The notes under the pieces were generated by a model. That model made no database searches. It was not told the DNA's origin and saw nothing but the letters and a program-made list of their open reading frames with translations. Below are positions 18,367 to 29,263 of a stretch of 64,000 nt of DNA, piece by piece. A program made the translations under genes and the position numbers. The DNA is from an uncultured virus (IMG/VR IMGVR_UViG_3300034198_030405) (taxonomy: Duplodnaviria > Heunggongvirae > Uroviricota > Caudoviricetes), in IMG/VR virus record IMGVR_UViG_3300034198_030405; one strand, written 5' to 3'. How positions within the stretch are numbered: position 1 is the stretch's first letter; every line of letters begins with the position of its first letter.

Positions 18367-19167
18367 TCAAGTGTTGTAACCATACTCTCCATAAACACTT
18401 GTGTTATTTACTCTTTGGTCAAAAATATTGATGCTTTCTGCATCAGCACTACCAGGATAACTCTTGCTCGGAGATGGAGCCTGAGTGCCACTGCCACCTG
18501 AAAGAATACCATTGAGAGCATTATCAAATACTTGTGCTGCACCTTTTTCACCGGATAATCCTGGTTCAAAGCTGAAGTCAAGACGTCGAGCGCGCAACTT
18601 CCACATGTAATGTCCGCCCAATGGATTCATACTTGTATCATCCATTTCTTGATCAACGCGCTCTGTAATTTCAAAGAATTTACCATTGCGATCACCAGGG
18701 CGTGTTGCACCATATTGGATCATCTGGAATACATCACCTGCTTTTGGCTCAATGGCTTGGCTGAGTGACGGGTAAACACTCAACGGAGAGAATACAGCAC
18801 TATAAGAACTGATGTGAACATATGCTGTGATGGTATCACCGCTATCGAAGCCAAATCTACGAAGTGTTACTGAATTTTCTGACAGCTGGACATACATTAC
18901 AATGTTTGTTGGGCCATAGAATGCACTAGTTGGATTTTCACCATATATGTTGTTTGCATTGTTTACATTGTATGTATTGACATAATATGCCACTGTTGAT
19001 CCAAATCTATTGATGGCTTCGCGAATAGAATTAGAAATGGTTTCGCGTTCTGAAGCATTGCTGTTAAGATCGTTTACATTTACCTGGCAATCAAGGTTGC
19101 CATTGTTAGCACCTGAATAAAAAACACCGCAGGTTGGTGCTTGATATGCTCCTGAGTAATAGCTCAT
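18367..19167 (-). CDS. gp14: Neck protein (gp14-like)
   Basis: EAINRFG...YY...IYGENPTSAF...LRRFGF...EPKAGDVF...FFEIT. Confidence 0.7.
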   Translation of the reverse strand: MSYYSGAYQAPTCGVFYSGANNGNLDCQVNVNDLNSNASERETISNSIREAINRFGSTVAYYVNTYNVNNANNIYGENPTSAFYGPTNIVMYVQLSENSVTLRRFGFDSGDTITAYVHISSYSAVFSPLSVYPSLSQAIEPKAGDVFQMIQYGATRPGDRNGKFFEITERVDQEMDDTSMNPLGGHYMWKLRARRLDFSFEPGLSGEKGAAQVFDNALNGILSGGSGTQAPSPSKSYPGSADAESINIFDQRVNNTSVYGEYGYNT

Positions 19168-19571
19168 TATAAAATTGGTTTGTAATGGATTAATTTGAAC
19201 ATTGGTTTGCCGGCTGCATCTTTGGATTTTACAACTGCGGCATTAATTTTTGAATTTATTTGTTTGGGTTGATCGTCCTGCATTTGACTCAAATTAATAC
19301 CATGTGTATTTTGAATTTCTTGAAGATCCATGTCATTCAAGACTTCTTGTGCAGCAGGATTAGTTGATACCTTGTCAATTTTATTATTTTTTGTTGCATT
19401 CTGCGTATTTATATTGCTCTGTGAAACCATATGCTGATTAGCGCTTGATCCGGTGATGCGACTGTTTCTCACATGTGATGAGTTGCCATAGCCAACATCA
19501 TTAGCTATTTTTTGAGTACCTGGATCAGATGATGTAGTTTCGAAAAATGTTTCAAATGTTTGGAATCTCAT
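19167..19571 (-). CDS. Hypothetical protein
   Basis: Probable start MRFQTFETFFE at 19571; its stop overlaps the gp14 start. Confidence 0.55.
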   Translation of the reverse strand: MRFQTFETFFETTSSDPGTQKIANDVGYGNSSHVRNSRITGSSANQHMVSQSNINTQNATKNNKIDKVSTNPAAQEVLNDMDLQEIQNTHGINLSQMQDDQPKQINSKINAAVVKSKDAAGKPMFKLIHYKPIL

Positions 19572-19614
19572 TGTAAATAATATTTGAATATATTTATATC
19601 TAAATTCTCTGACT

Positions 19615-20073
19615 ATGCGAATATTCCACTTTAAACTATCAGCTGCAGCAAAAAAAGCACTAAGCATATGTAGTTTTGATGCAAAAGCGTTTAGCAATGC
19701 ATTTACATCATTTTATAACACGCATTTTATTGATGATATTAAATATACAAAACATCACAGCATAACCATTCGCACAGACAAAAGAAATAACTCCCATTAT
19801 GGGTATTATAATTATGATAATGCAATTACTTTGTGTGGTGGCTTGATGAATGAGGATAATTTTACCCAAAAAGAGTTGTTTGCTACAATTTTACATGAAA
19901 TGATGCATTGGCTGCAATTTAACATATATAAATGGTCCGAAAACACCATTGCTCCTGATGATTATCATAAATGCCGTGCTGAGAGAATGTGTCGCAAATT
20001 TGAAAAACAAGTTGTCTCAATGATGAGGATATATAAAGTTTTGACTAAAATACAAAAAGTAAATTATAAATAG
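19615..20073 (+). CDS. HExxH zinc metallopeptidase-like protein
   Basis: ATILHEMMHWLQ with a downstream Glu (CRAERMC). Confidence 0.65.
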   Translation: MRIFHFKLSAAAKKALSICSFDAKAFSNAFTSFYNTHFIDDIKYTKHHSITIRTDKRNNSHYGYYNYDNAITLCGGLMNEDNFTQKELFATILHEMMHWLQFNIYKWSENTIAPDDYHKCRAERMCRKFEKQVVSMMRIYKVLTKIQKVNYK

Positions 20074-20077
20074 CACT

Positions 20078-20554
20078 ATGAAATTTGATCTTTTAGTTAA
20101 ACGTGCAGCTAGTATTAATGAACATAAAAAAAGACATGAAGAGGATGTGGAGCAGTTTGATCACTCTGCTTCAGTAGAACAGGCAGAAGAAGAAACAGAC
20201 GATGATGATATGGATTATTATCAGCACGAAGATATGGATCAATTGTTGCGCAGCAAAAAATATCGTGAAAAATTTACTAATGTTGATGTAAAACTAAACA
20301 CAAGACCTGGTGTTTGTAATGCTAAAGGTGAGATCATCTTTACAGTAGTAGAAGAACGTGATGATGTTAACATGTCAAACACATACTTTGTAGACAACAT
20401 CATTGAATTTAAAGATGTTGAGGTGTATAATGTGCCTAAGCCTAATAAAAATAAAATTAATATTACTGAGAATCTTTCCCCAGAGGAGATGGAGATTGTT
20501 GAAAATGTTTTGGAAAAACAGCTTGATAAATGCATATCAAGTTGGAATAAATGA
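20078..20554 (+). CDS. Hypothetical acidic late protein
   Basis: TATAAATA-N5-ATG; N-terminus MKFDLLVKRAASINE. Confidence 0.6.
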   Translation: MKFDLLVKRAASINEHKKRHEEDVEQFDHSASVEQAEEETDDDDMDYYQHEDMDQLLRSKKYREKFTNVDVKLNTRPGVCNAKGEIIFTVVEERDDVNMSNTYFVDNIIEFKDVEVYNVPKPNKNKINITENLSPEEMEIVENVLEKQLDKCISSWNK

Positions 20555-20586
20555 CCAATATACATGAGCCATGGTAAATAATATAA

Positions 20587-23562
20587 ATGCCATCTAATTT
20601 CTCAAGCTTTGGTTCTGCAACAGTTGATTATTCAATAACCAACGCCGCTGTTGATGCTGTAGATACAAAGGATAATTTTCAGCCCTTTTCTTTCTTTGAA
20701 TACTTAAAATATTCAAAGCAAATTGCAACACCAGAACAATTTACAGAGGGCTATAATAATTATTTGCAGCAGTGGTATGCACTTGTTAATGAAGCACCAT
20801 CAAATAATACAGATGTAATTAGGCAGCGTTATGTAGATTTATTAAAGGATATTGCTCTTAATTTTACAACTGCTGATGAAAAACGTTTTTTAAGCAATCT
20901 TAATTATGATGATGCTTCGGATCTTGCCATTGCAATTCCGTTTTATGCACGCAAGCTCAAAGAAATTTGTTTATTTTATGCTAAAAAGCGTGAAGCAATT
21001 AAAAATACAGTGCAGCATGTCAAGAGCAAAGGTACTACCTTTTCAATTGAGAAAACAATTTTTCAGAACATCATTGATTATTTGTATGCATCGCGAGATG
21101 AAAGCTCGTATGCAATAGATGTCAATCAAATTGCACAAACACTTCAGATTGATGTAATTGATTATTTTGATACATATAGCAATTACTTTGATTTGGATCC
21201 TTCTGCAAGTGCAGAAGATCTAGAAATTACAAATGCATTGCGTAAACAGTATTTTACGAGCAATGTGAATGCAATTTCTGCTAATATATTTCTCGGATTT
21301 GATGGTGCTGTAATGCAGGAAATATTTTCAACGCCATTTTATCTCAAAGAGATTGGCATGGGTATATTCATTAACCCCAAGCGCTTCATTGAGAAGACAT
21401 TGTTTGACTTCAACTGTGCCATTGATCCAATTGCAAGTTTACTCAATGCAGACACGCAGGCTCTTTCATCAAACTATGATCTCAAGCGCAGATTAATGCA
21501 GAAGTATATTGGAGCAGATTATTATTATCTATCAACTAATTCACAGAGTCAATTTGTTTCAGGTCAATTGTTTAAAGCAGATAATCCAAGTGCGAATTTG
21601 GTAAATAAACGCTTCGTTACAACAGCATCTGTTGCAGAAAATCAGCTACAAACAGCAAAACAGTTGGGGTTGTTTTTCCGTCCAGACAAAATGGGTGTTA
21701 TTCAGTTTGCTGCGGCTAACAAAAGTTATTTTGTTAATCAGAGCAATCTCAAGCCCAATTATGTATATATTTTTCCAGATCCAAGCATTTATGGCAATGT
21801 GACCAATTTCTATTTTAGCAATCTCGAATACCCACTGCAATATGCCATTGATTATTCCGGCAGCATTAAAAAGCTTGATGCAGGCATGGCATATGGGTAC
21901 ATCAAAAGCAACGAATGCCTGCAAAATTACTTTGCATACTTCTCAGAACCTTTGTATATAAACGCAGAAACTCACAATGTTTCAAGTTTTAATTCTAAAT
22001 TGCAGCGTATTTTTGATCAGGGTATATTTACACAATACAAACAAGATGTATATGGCAATGAATATGGCCTGCTCAAAGACATCAGGAGATACAATCAAAA
22101 TCAAAACAACATCAACAATATTAACTCAAAATGCATCACCATTGATGGGCATGTTTTTAATGATTTAACGGAGGGGTTTGGTTTTGATTATGAGGTGGTA
22201 GAATCCGATTATTTTGGATCCATTAGAACTGGATTGACAGCAAAAACTATTGATGAAATACCGCCTGCAGGTGGTACATTTTCTACTGGTTATACCTTTG
22301 CAAGTGCAGGCATGTTTGCTTTGACGGGTAGCAAATATACTCTTTATTTTAGAGAGTATACACCTTATTTTGCATGTGAAAATATTCAAACAACATACAA
22401 TTGCATCATAAGAGATGGTGGATATTTTACGGCACCAGACAATTCCCTGCTGCCAGATGTTTCATCTGATTTAAATGCCTGGAATACTTCTTCTAAGGTT
22501 TATTATGCAACTCTATGTGATGCAGGCCTGAGTGCAACAAATGTTCTTTTGCCTGGGAGATTGGTTGCAGCTTTGACGGCAACAATTGTAGCGCCTGCTC
22601 TTTCAAGCAACAAATATCAGGTGTTTGATAGTAATTATTTTAATAATAATTGTTACAGTGTACCAGATTATGATTATTCACAATCCATAGGCAATTATAT
22701 TGCGCAAGTCAATCCAAATTGCACATCTATGCTTGCACCGAGCGCAGCAATTGGCGATGAAAACATTGAAGAAATTAAACACTTGGTGGGCAATATCTTT
22801 GTCAAGAATATTACAACCAATGAAGTACAGGCATTGTCTTCAGCACTATCAGCAACATTTTCAAAATATCCAGCTGCCGTCAAGAGTCAGTTATATTCTG
22901 CTACTGTGCGAGATTTTAACTTAATTTATGATTGTATCATCATTAAAACACCTGATTATGTTGTATTTGACAAAATTGCAGTTGATGATTCTGGTGCATT
23001 TATAAAACCGGGCACATTCAACAGCACAGTTGCAGCAACAGGTGCATACGAAACTGCATCTAATTCTTTCTTCATTGAACATCAAAACAATGTATGGACG
23101 TTCAAGACAACTACATTGCAGGACTCTCTCAGCACGAGCAATCAAAAGACTATTTACCCAACCATTTATAAATACGATGTTGATGCAAATAAATTAACAA
23201 AAATGTATCCTTTAGACTCTGATGTGCCTGTGTTATCAACTCTGTTTATGAATCCACTAAGCAGCATCAACATTGTTAGAGTTGCAGATGCAGTTATTTC
23301 CTATGCACAACAAAATGATAAGTTTGCTGCATCTTGGACAGGCTATGATTTAAACAACATGTCATATATTTTTACCGCATGGTTTAATGTGGTGGGTGGT
23401 GAAGTTGCTTTTGATCATAATCTTGTAGGTGTGTTTGCACCAGATGATGTCGCAACAACATACAACTTTGCATATGCACTATCGTCGTTCTCTACTATTA
23501 AAACATTATCATCTGCAAATGCATCTTTTCGTAATACGGGTGGAACTCTTTTCTTCAACTAA
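20587..23562 (+). CDS. Large virion structural protein (baseplate/fibre-associated, function unknown)
   Basis: 991-aa S/T/N/Y-rich ORF, first of the plus-strand structural block, with a late-promoter element. Confidence 0.6.
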   Translation: MPSNFSSFGSATVDYSITNAAVDAVDTKDNFQPFSFFEYLKYSKQIATPEQFTEGYNNYLQQWYALVNEAPSNNTDVIRQRYVDLLKDIALNFTTADEKRFLSNLNYDDASDLAIAIPFYARKLKEICLFYAKKREAIKNTVQHVKSKGTTFSIEKTIFQNIIDYLYASRDESSYAIDVNQIAQTLQIDVIDYFDTYSNYFDLDPSASAEDLEITNALRKQYFTSNVNAISANIFLGFDGAVMQEIFSTPFYLKEIGMGIFINPKRFIEKTLFDFNCAIDPIASLLNADTQALSSNYDLKRRLMQKYIGADYYYLSTNSQSQFVSGQLFKADNPSANLVNKRFVTTASVAENQLQTAKQLGLFFRPDKMGVIQFAAANKSYFVNQSNLKPNYVYIFPDPSIYGNVTNFYFSNLEYPLQYAIDYSGSIKKLDAGMAYGYIKSNECLQNYFAYFSEPLYINAETHNVSSFNSKLQRIFDQGIFTQYKQDVYGNEYGLLKDIRRYNQNQNNINNINSKCITIDGHVFNDLTEGFGFDYEVVESDYFGSIRTGLTAKTIDEIPPAGGTFSTGYTFASAGMFALTGSKYTLYFREYTPYFACENIQTTYNCIIRDGGYFTAPDNSLLPDVSSDLNAWNTSSKVYYATLCDAGLSATNVLLPGRLVAALTATIVAPALSSNKYQVFDSNYFNNNCYSVPDYDYSQSIGNYIAQVNPNCTSMLAPSAAIGDENIEEIKHLVGNIFVKNITTNEVQALSSALSATFSKYPAAVKSQLYSATVRDFNLIYDCIIIKTPDYVVFDKIAVDDSGAFIKPGTFNSTVAATGAYETASNSFFIEHQNNVWTFKTTTLQDSLSTSNQKTIYPTIYKYDVDANKLTKMYPLDSDVPVLSTLFMNPLSSINIVRVADAVISYAQQNDKFAASWTGYDLNNMSYIFTAWFNVVGGEVAFDHNLVGVFAPDDVATTYNFAYALSSFSTIKTLSSANASFRNTGGTLFFN

Positions 23563-24212
23563 TGAATACAACGCTAAACATTAATCTATCTGCTGCTAAG
23601 CCAACATCTGACTATACATCAGTGTATGGGCCGTATTTCATCAAGGGGACAACGCCAGTTGTGTTTAATTTGTTTCAAATTGCAGAGGAGGTGGATCCTA
23701 TTATGCATGTCACTGGTAATTTTGGCGATGGTGTGACTTATGAAGATGCTTTAGATATACACAACACCATCGAAACTGCAGGCGCTATTGAGATTGCGCA
23801 ATCTGGCAAAATTATGAGTGTTTCTCAAAATATTAATCATACTTATGTGAAGCAGACCTCTTCCTTTTCTACTTCACTTACAGCAATTTTTGTGATGCAT
23901 TATACATCAAGTTATGTTGGTATACATAAAATACTGTTTAATTTAGCTAAAGATTCATATTATAATTCTGTCAGGCAAGTGAATATACTAACAACACAAA
24001 TCATGCCCACATCTTCGCATGATATTTTTGCGCTTGCAAGTGATGCAAATGGTAATGTATTTAATTTATATTTGAGTAAAGATGAATTACCGGTGCAACA
24101 AATTAATGATGATACTACATCAATTTCTGGCAAAGTATTTGCAACCCGCAATGGACTACCAATTACAACAAGAATTTTTCAATATGCTATTGTGCCTCGA
24201 CTCTCTACTTAA
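23562..24212 (+). CDS. Virion structural protein (PKD/Ig-like beta pattern)
   Basis: GNFGDG...INHTY; overlaps the upstream stop (TAATG). Confidence 0.5.
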   Translation: MNTTLNINLSAAKPTSDYTSVYGPYFIKGTTPVVFNLFQIAEEVDPIMHVTGNFGDGVTYEDALDIHNTIETAGAIEIAQSGKIMSVSQNINHTYVKQTSSFSTSLTAIFVMHYTSSYVGIHKILFNLAKDSYYNSVRQVNILTTQIMPTSSHDIFALASDANGNVFNLYLSKDELPVQQINDDTTSISGKVFATRNGLPITTRIFQYAIVPRLST

Positions 24213-24227
24213 CACATAAATAAACAC

Positions 24228-25238
24228 ATGGCACAGCAAGCACAGCAAGTTAATATATCTCAATTACCTCCAGCAACTATATTGTATAACGGTGATGTAT
24301 TTGCAATAGATCAAATGGGTGCAGATGGGTATACCAAGCAAATTACTTTTTCAAATCTTTATAAATCACTGAGTGCAGTAATTTTACCTGACCTTTACAA
24401 TACAAAGGTGAGTAAATCCGGGGGCACTATGACAGGCCACTTGACTCTTTCTGGGGATCCCATCATTAATCTCAATGCAGCAACTAAACAATATGTGGAT
24501 ACAGGTGATGCACAGGTTTTTACCAATGTTAAATCAACATTTGTAGCCCTTTCAGGCAGCACTATGACAGGCTACTTGACTCTTTTTGGTAACCCCAGTG
24601 CAAATCTTCATGCAGCAACTAAACAATATGTTGATACATTGTTTTCGTCTATTTCAGGCAGCTCTTTACCACCACTGGTGCCTGCAGGTACTGTTATATG
24701 GTTTGCTGGCAACACAAGACCATATGGATATCTTGTATGCAATGGTGATATAATTCCAGGTGGTAATCCTGCAACAATTCAAGGTGTTACTGCAGACTTT
24801 TCAGCACTCATTGCTGTTTTACAAAGTACATATGGTAGCTACAGGCAATTGCCTGACATGAGAGGATTGTTTGCTCGTGGATGGGATCAAGCAGGTGGTG
24901 TAGTAAAGAATATTGATGGGGGGCGTGTATTTGGATCAACGCAAAATGCATCGTTGATTGGTTTTGATGAAAAGAATGATGCTGTATGGAATACATCTAC
25001 CTTAGATGATGATCCAACCAATTCATCTGCAGCTCTTAGTCTTGATGTGTTAACACAAGCTGCTTTGATAGATAATTATGCACCTGATAAGATAGCCGCA
25101 AACGGGAGTGTTCGACTAAAGGGCAATACATACACTAATACACTAAATCCTTTTATAGAAGGCCCTACTCCATCAGAAGCATGGGTAGGCGGAGCTCGTC
25201 CACGCAACATTGCATTACTTCCTTGCATCAAATACTAG
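24228..25238 (+). CDS. Tail fibre protein with a phage tail-collar domain
   Basis: Two GxTMTGxLTLxGxPxxNLxAATKQYVDT repeats; VPAGTVIWFAG...GYLVCNG...LPDMRGLFARGWD...RPRNIALLPCIKY. Confidence 0.85.
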   Translation: MAQQAQQVNISQLPPATILYNGDVFAIDQMGADGYTKQITFSNLYKSLSAVILPDLYNTKVSKSGGTMTGHLTLSGDPIINLNAATKQYVDTGDAQVFTNVKSTFVALSGSTMTGYLTLFGNPSANLHAATKQYVDTLFSSISGSSLPPLVPAGTVIWFAGNTRPYGYLVCNGDIIPGGNPATIQGVTADFSALIAVLQSTYGSYRQLPDMRGLFARGWDQAGGVVKNIDGGRVFGSTQNASLIGFDEKNDAVWNTSTLDDDPTNSSAALSLDVLTQAALIDNYAPDKIAANGSVRLKGNTYTNTLNPFIEGPTPSEAWVGGARPRNIALLPCIKY

Positions 25239-25259
25239 GGCAATGAGTTAAATACTCAT

Positions 25260-28200
25260 ATGCAGGTATTTAATTATTCAACACACATGACAAGTGCAAG
25301 CTGCACTTATGAATCTGATGTTGACTTCAAATTCAAAGGTAGCTTCAGCAACAATCAGCAAGGTATAAACATTTTTTTGCATAACTGCATGCTCGGTGCA
25401 CGTGATGTTTCAATGAACAATTACAGTGCACTGGTATTGTCAAATGACATCACACTAGATGATGTATTTGATATGCGTACTCTAGAAACGCGTCCAGGAT
25501 TTATATTAGACTCACGCATCGGTGTATCTGTAACAGCAGAGACTAATGCTTCGACCAAGTATCTATACTTTGATAATGAAGATGAAACATTAACACAGGA
25601 TTATAATGTAGCAACATCACATCGCATGCTGCCTCTTGATAAAATGCCCTACCCCGCACAATCTATATTCAACATTGAAATGTTGAATGAGCAGTATGCA
25701 CGCATTTGTTACAAATACAAGCATGAAAAATTCTACCTTGCAGTTAATTCAAATGAGGATATAGTTTTTGCAGCAGGCTATGAACCATACGATGAGTTGA
25801 ACTTCAATTACATTGATGAAACAATATTTGAATATATTTTTGATAATTCGGGTGAATCTCTGTTTTTAAGAAAGCCTTTATCAGGCAACCGTACTAAATT
25901 CTTAGGTGTATCCGGTTTTGATTCAAATAAAATGCAGATTTTAAGTGCATCAAATGCAATCAACTACATGCACTTTAATAATTTCAATTTGCTTGTAAGA
26001 TCAAACTTTTTAGAAACAGATGCTAAATTAAATGCGTCATGGGCTTCTTATGCAACTGAAGACATCAACAAGCTATACATCGATAATGAGACTATCTTGA
26101 CAGATTTACCGAGTAACATGATTGTAGCATCACAATATTGTGATGCTACACCAACACAGGTACCTGCAAGACCCATTGTATTAAAAAATCAAGCTACACA
26201 GCTCGGGACACTTGATAAAGCAAGTTATACTAACCTGCGCAACAACAATCCAGGCCCCATTAATAGAGAATATACCAACATCTTAGCTGGCAACAGTCAA
26301 GAAAAAGGTGATGAAAATATAAGCATTAATTTTGCAATGGTGGGCAATGATTTTGTTGCTAAGTCGGATGCATACACTGCATTCAAAACATCACAATCTG
26401 TATTTCCTTACACCCAGCTCAATGTAAATGATGCTTCTCTGCGTACAGATGGTGCATATGCAGGCGACTCTCCATATACATCAGATCAAATTCTCACTCT
26501 AAAGAATGATGCACAGGGAGCAGATGGTCAATACCTATGCACATGGTTGTCAGCTGGCCCAAACGTGAAGAATGCAGAGTGGGTTGATAGATATTACAAT
26601 ACAAACAAGATGTCTCCAATGGATGCATCAAAGGCAGTCAATGCAACATATGGAACATATGAGAACTTTGTAAATGCATATTTGCAGCAGCAATCTTTTG
26701 CCTATGATTTCTTTGATAAAAAAAGTGACGTCACATTTACACCAAATACTGAATATTTTTATTATAGAATTGGCAACAAGCGCATTGAACAGCAGCTCAA
26801 TACTCATGCAAAAACACTTGTAGCTGATGGGCTACAGTGGAAGTCAAGCAACAATCAACCATATTCTGATGCATACATTGCAGGCAAGTCTTATGCATTG
26901 GATGGCAATTCATATGATGTAATTAGAAATTATGATGCAGTGAATAGTAACTATGGCTTTACAATTTCATTTTGGCTCAAGTGTGATGACTGGAATCGTC
27001 TCAATGGATATCAGATACTCGGCAATTTAACTAGTACAGGATTTGGTTTCATTATAGATCCTGTTGTTACACCATTTATATTAATGCAGAGTACATCAGC
27101 CATTAACATTTATAACAGTAATTTTGAGCCAATTACCAACACTCTTATTCCAGAGCGGCCAATTGCAACTGCTCAATTTGATGCAACAAGTGATTTTGGC
27201 ATAATTACAAATAATGCTATATATAAGCTGCAAGCAGATGGCACTTTATACGATAAATTTACACTTGTGAAGCGTGCATCTGCTGCAGCCATCGATACTA
27301 AAACTCAACTCAACATTTGGTTTGATGATTCCGGATCCATGGATGAAACACTCGCACCATTGCAGGAAATGCGCGATACAATTCTTAAAGCTACACTGTT
27401 ACCTTTTTTTGACAATGATGAAACAATATATAACGAGCGCGTCCAGGTAAAACTCTTCAGCGAATACCCCATGATTAATAATAATATATATTATGATTTG
27501 GGCTCGTTTGAGCGTACACTTTTGATGTTATCTGCACCAAGAACATCAAACAGCATCACAAGAGTTATAAATCTTGTGTTTCAAGATGAATCTTCACCTT
27601 ATAATGCTGAGATACCGAATTTCAATACATCAGTTGCAACTGATGTATTGAAATTTGATATTATTAATGCACGTAGATATTTTACAACATCCCCATATGA
27701 TGTTAATTCGGTTATATTTCAGGTACATACGGAAAATGGTAGATATAAAGGATTCCGCGGCTTCTTAAATGCTATACAAAACGGTACAGATTATTATGCT
27801 GGTGACAATGGATTGTCGGATATAGATGCTGTTGATTATGTGTATCGTGTTACTCCAGCATATACTCCACAATATTATGCGCAACTTATAACTGCTCAAC
27901 TGAATGCTTTGAACCTTATTCCAAATGATGATGCTGTTCCGCAACAACTTACAAACAATTGGATTGATGTGGCTCAGAATGGTGATAGCATTTATATTTT
28001 ACATTCCGACAAGGCTACTGTGTCTCATTTTAATTTTATCACCGAGACATTATCAACTTTTACAACAACATCAGGATCAAATAGCATAACTTATGGTGAT
28101 AGGGGCATTGTTAGTACCACAGGCACAAAGACTGTTGCTTATGGTGAAAATACTGTGCTCTATCTATACAATGATAATCAGATTATATCATACAATTATG

Positions 28201-29255
28201 CAAATAACAAACAGTTCGTAGCATTCCGATCACTCTCTGCAGGATCAACCATCAAGTACATCAGAGACTTTTGCACAGATAGAGAAAATAACATATATAT
28301 ACTCAATGGTGATACTGAAATTGTTAAATTCAATGGTGAGCGTGTTTTGCAATATAGAATCCTTGCTAATCCTGCATTGAGTGCATTGAGCGCTGTTAAC
28401 TTTGCAATTGCAAATTGTTATGAATACATTGGTTTAGAAAACATTGATGCTACTATTGTAGCGTCGCGCGATCTCAATGACAACATTTATCTTACCAAGA
28501 TCAACAAAGATGGCATTATTACTGAAACACGTGCAACTGCTATAAAGTATTACAAAGACACACTGTATAACTTAACAAATGCATATTATTTGCAGCAGAA
28601 ATATCAAAACCGTGGCAAAAAGCTTGATTTTGTACTTAAACTTGAAAACAAATACAACAATCGCGACATTAAAACAGTTACAACTTCCATTGATTTAAGT
28701 AAATTACAGCCTGGCACTAAACACTTTGCATTGAGATTAGATGCTATACAAGGCAATGCTACACTCTTTATAAATGGTAAAGTAGCTGATTCAATTAATT
28801 TCGGTGCTGCTAAATACGCTGTACAGCAGCCTCTTTTATCTAATGCAATTGCATTTGGAGCGGCACAGTTTGTTAATGGTCAGACATTGCCACAGTTTTT
28901 AAAACAACAAAATGCTTACTTTGCAAGCAATGCAACATTGATGTATCCATTGTTGTATGCAAAAGCATTATCAGATAATGATGTAAGATTTTTATCTATG
29001 CAGGATTCTACAGTTAGCGATTTAACATTTCACTTGCCTTGTGGCTTACGCAGCAACATTGATACCATCAAGCGTATGTTTGCTTTTGGTGCACCCGGTA
29101 TGAAATCAAACAATGTAAAAATTGTGCTCAAAAATTCAGGCATCATTAGTGAAAGTCTCAAAGCATCATTGCAACAATATATATTGAGCGAAATTACGCA
29201 AACGCTTCCTGCAACCGTCAACATCCTTGGCGTTGAATTTGCAGATTATGAGTAA
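25260..29255 (+). CDS. Large virion protein with LamG/concanavalin-like segments, beta-propeller-like repeats and an inserted vWA domain
   Basis: FTISFWLK and HFALRLD...LFINGK are LamG-like; NIWFDDSGSM is a MIDAS DxSxS motif. Confidence 0.65.
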   Translation: MQVFNYSTHMTSASCTYESDVDFKFKGSFSNNQQGINIFLHNCMLGARDVSMNNYSALVLSNDITLDDVFDMRTLETRPGFILDSRIGVSVTAETNASTKYLYFDNEDETLTQDYNVATSHRMLPLDKMPYPAQSIFNIEMLNEQYARICYKYKHEKFYLAVNSNEDIVFAAGYEPYDELNFNYIDETIFEYIFDNSGESLFLRKPLSGNRTKFLGVSGFDSNKMQILSASNAINYMHFNNFNLLVRSNFLETDAKLNASWASYATEDINKLYIDNETILTDLPSNMIVASQYCDATPTQVPARPIVLKNQATQLGTLDKASYTNLRNNNPGPINREYTNILAGNSQEKGDENISINFAMVGNDFVAKSDAYTAFKTSQSVFPYTQLNVNDASLRTDGAYAGDSPYTSDQILTLKNDAQGADGQYLCTWLSAGPNVKNAEWVDRYYNTNKMSPMDASKAVNATYGTYENFVNAYLQQQSFAYDFFDKKSDVTFTPNTEYFYYRIGNKRIEQQLNTHAKTLVADGLQWKSSNNQPYSDAYIAGKSYALDGNSYDVIRNYDAVNSNYGFTISFWLKCDDWNRLNGYQILGNLTSTGFGFIIDPVVTPFILMQSTSAINIYNSNFEPITNTLIPERPIATAQFDATSDFGIITNNAIYKLQADGTLYDKFTLVKRASAAAIDTKTQLNIWFDDSGSMDETLAPLQEMRDTILKATLLPFFDNDETIYNERVQVKLFSEYPMINNNIYYDLGSFERTLLMLSAPRTSNSITRVINLVFQDESSPYNAEIPNFNTSVATDVLKFDIINARRYFTTSPYDVNSVIFQVHTENGRYKGFRGFLNAIQNGTDYYAGDNGLSDIDAVDYVYRVTPAYTPQYYAQLITAQLNALNLIPNDDAVPQQLTNNWIDVAQNGDSIYILHSDKATVSHFNFITETLSTFTTTSGSNSITYGDRGIVSTTGTKTVAYGENTVLYLYNDNQIISYNYANNKQFVAFRSLSAGSTIKYIRDFCTDRENNIYILNGDTEIVKFNGERVLQYRILANPALSALSAVNFAIANCYEYIGLENIDATIVASRDLNDNIYLTKINKDGIITETRATAIKYYKDTLYNLTNAYYLQQKYQNRGKKLDFVLKLENKYNNRDIKTVTTSIDLSKLQPGTKHFALRLDAIQGNATLFINGKVADSINFGAAKYAVQQPLLSNAIAFGAAQFVNGQTLPQFLKQQNAYFASNATLMYPLLYAKALSDNDVRFLSMQDSTVSDLTFHLPCGLRSNIDTIKRMFAFGAPGMKSNNVKIVLKNSGIISESLKASLQQYILSEITQTLPATVNILGVEFADYE

Positions 29256-29263
29256 ATAAAGAT